A DNA stretch of 22,589 nucleotides. Source: Lobosporangium transversale. Its lineage: Eukaryota. The notes below the pieces were generated by a model that worked only from the letters and a program-made list of their open reading frames with translations, ran no database searches and was not told the DNA's origin. Of the stretch, positions 21,347-22,589 are shown one piece after another (within the stretch, counting starts at the first letter, position 1; each line of letters opens with the position of its first letter). The stretch is from assembly GCF_002105155.1 (NCBI RefSeq), contig NW_019028993.1:806001-828589 (forward strand), written 5' to 3'. Made by a program: the position numbers and the translations under genes.

Positions 21347-21781
21347 CTCGCTGCGGTGGCTTGACAAAAACATGGATCGTTTTCCTTGGAAGTTCAGAAT
21401 TAAATATCTCCCAAAGCTCCATTGACGCGACTGAAGAGCCTCTTTTGACTCGATTTCTGACTCAACGACGATCTTGCCTTTGTCAGGGATGGAAACTTTA
21501 TAGAGGGTGAGGTCCTTGGGCTTAACGCTTGGATCCACAGTAATATTGGGATAGATTGCTTGCTTGAGTTCATCGACAGAACTATTGGAAAGAATCTTTA
21601 CAGAAAAACATGAAGCTTCTCCATCAACAATACAATAAATCTGTAGGCTGGTTGGTTCGAGGATTTCAGGGTCATTGGTGCTTGAAGACTCTTCCTTCGC
21701 TTCCCCTTTTCTTTCTTCTTTCCTTTCATACGGTTTAGTTCGAGGTGATAGGCATCGTGGTGATGTTCTGTCGCTTCCCAT
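21347..21781 (-). CDS. Crinkler (CRN) effector N-terminal ubiquitin-like header exon
   Basis: LQIYCIVDGEASCFSVKILSNSSVDELKQAI...DLTLYKV (LFLAK-equivalent). In a shifted frame from ~21435 it reads VASMELWEIFNSELPRKTIHVFVKPPQR (HVLVxxP motif), followed directly by the donor gtatgt at 21346. Confidence 0.88.
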
Positions 21782-22589
21782 TGTGATTTCAAAAACAAGG
21801 CGTAAATGGACGGAGGACAGAAAATAGGGAAAGGTTGATAAAAATGCTAAAGGATGATAATTCAGTAGCAGGATGGTTCAAAATTGTCTAGAGATGAAGT
21901 TGAGGGAGGAAAAGAAAAAAAGAAAAAAAGAAAAAAAAAAAGGAAAGGAAAGGAAAGGAAAGGCAATGAATGAAGGCTTGGAATAAATAAAAGAGCAAAA
22001 TTGATGGGAGCAAAACTGGGGGAAATAAGAAAAAAGTGAAAAGAGGATAAAGGAAGAAAAGGAAGAGGAGAGTGCAAAAATGAAGTGAAGCAAGTTAAAG
22101 AAAGGAGCGACAATTGATAAATCTGTTCCTTTATTTCAAGGTTGGGCTATGCTGTGTGTGTGTGAGAAATTTTTTTTTTCTTGTTGCACAAGACGCCATG
22201 CGATTAAAGATTGAATTGGCCCCCAAGTGTGACGTAACATGTATCATTTAAATACACAAACACTATTCATTCTCTTTAACTCTCTTGTTTTAACCACACA
22301 ATCGAAAGTATGCACACATTCACCCTACATTCATCCCACTATGTACAAGTCAAATACTCCCTCATTCCAAGAACAAGAAGCTGTTACTGATATTGTAAGT
22401 GTTCAAACGCGAATAATAATTTTTTTGTATCAGTGCTTTCTTGGTGATATCTAAGCAAAATTATGCTTTAGAGAAAACCCTTGACGCGTCAAACTTTAGG
22501 AAGGATGGGGAGAATGACAGCAAAGAAAGAAAAGATGGCAATGAAGAAAAAGAGGAGGATGATCAAGTAGATATCCCAGCAATTATATT

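Noticed and set aside
22341..22589. Possible start of a + strand gene (ATG 22341, donor 22395, acidic frame DGENDSKERKDGNEEKEEDD at the window end)
   Set aside because: I could not find a convincing in-frame acceptor or any recognisable homology, and it is truncated by the window edge.

Overview
Intron-rich fungal genomic DNA. Gene content, GT-AG introns and long poly(A)/(T) tracts suggest an early-diverging fungus such as Mortierellaceae/Mucoromycota (inference). The first ~14 kb holds five conserved genes whose exons I reconstructed by hand: EMC7 (-), an ERF2-like DHHC palmitoyltransferase (+), a DSC3-like protein (+), UBC2/RAD6 (+) and a secreted CBM18-AA5 copper radical oxidase (-). The segment at ~15.0-21.8 kb is a compositionally distinct Crinkler (CRN/CR) effector locus on the - strand. 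It has a single CRN N-terminal header exon followed by a tandem array of header-less C-terminal modules (P-loop NTPase plus restriction-endonuclease-like domain). Cassettes A and B each open with a splice acceptor and a micro-exon contributing an NLS-like motif. The modules are delimited by a conserved ~50-bp palindromic element (GGGGCGACTTT-N27-AAAGTCGCCCC), two copies of which are identical over 55 bp although 5.56 kb apart. The layout resembles an integron-like or polymorphic-toxin cassette array whose joining sites lie inside an intron. Mechanistic statements (DNA recombination versus RNA-pairing-guided splicing) are hypotheses, and no recombinase gene is visible in the window.
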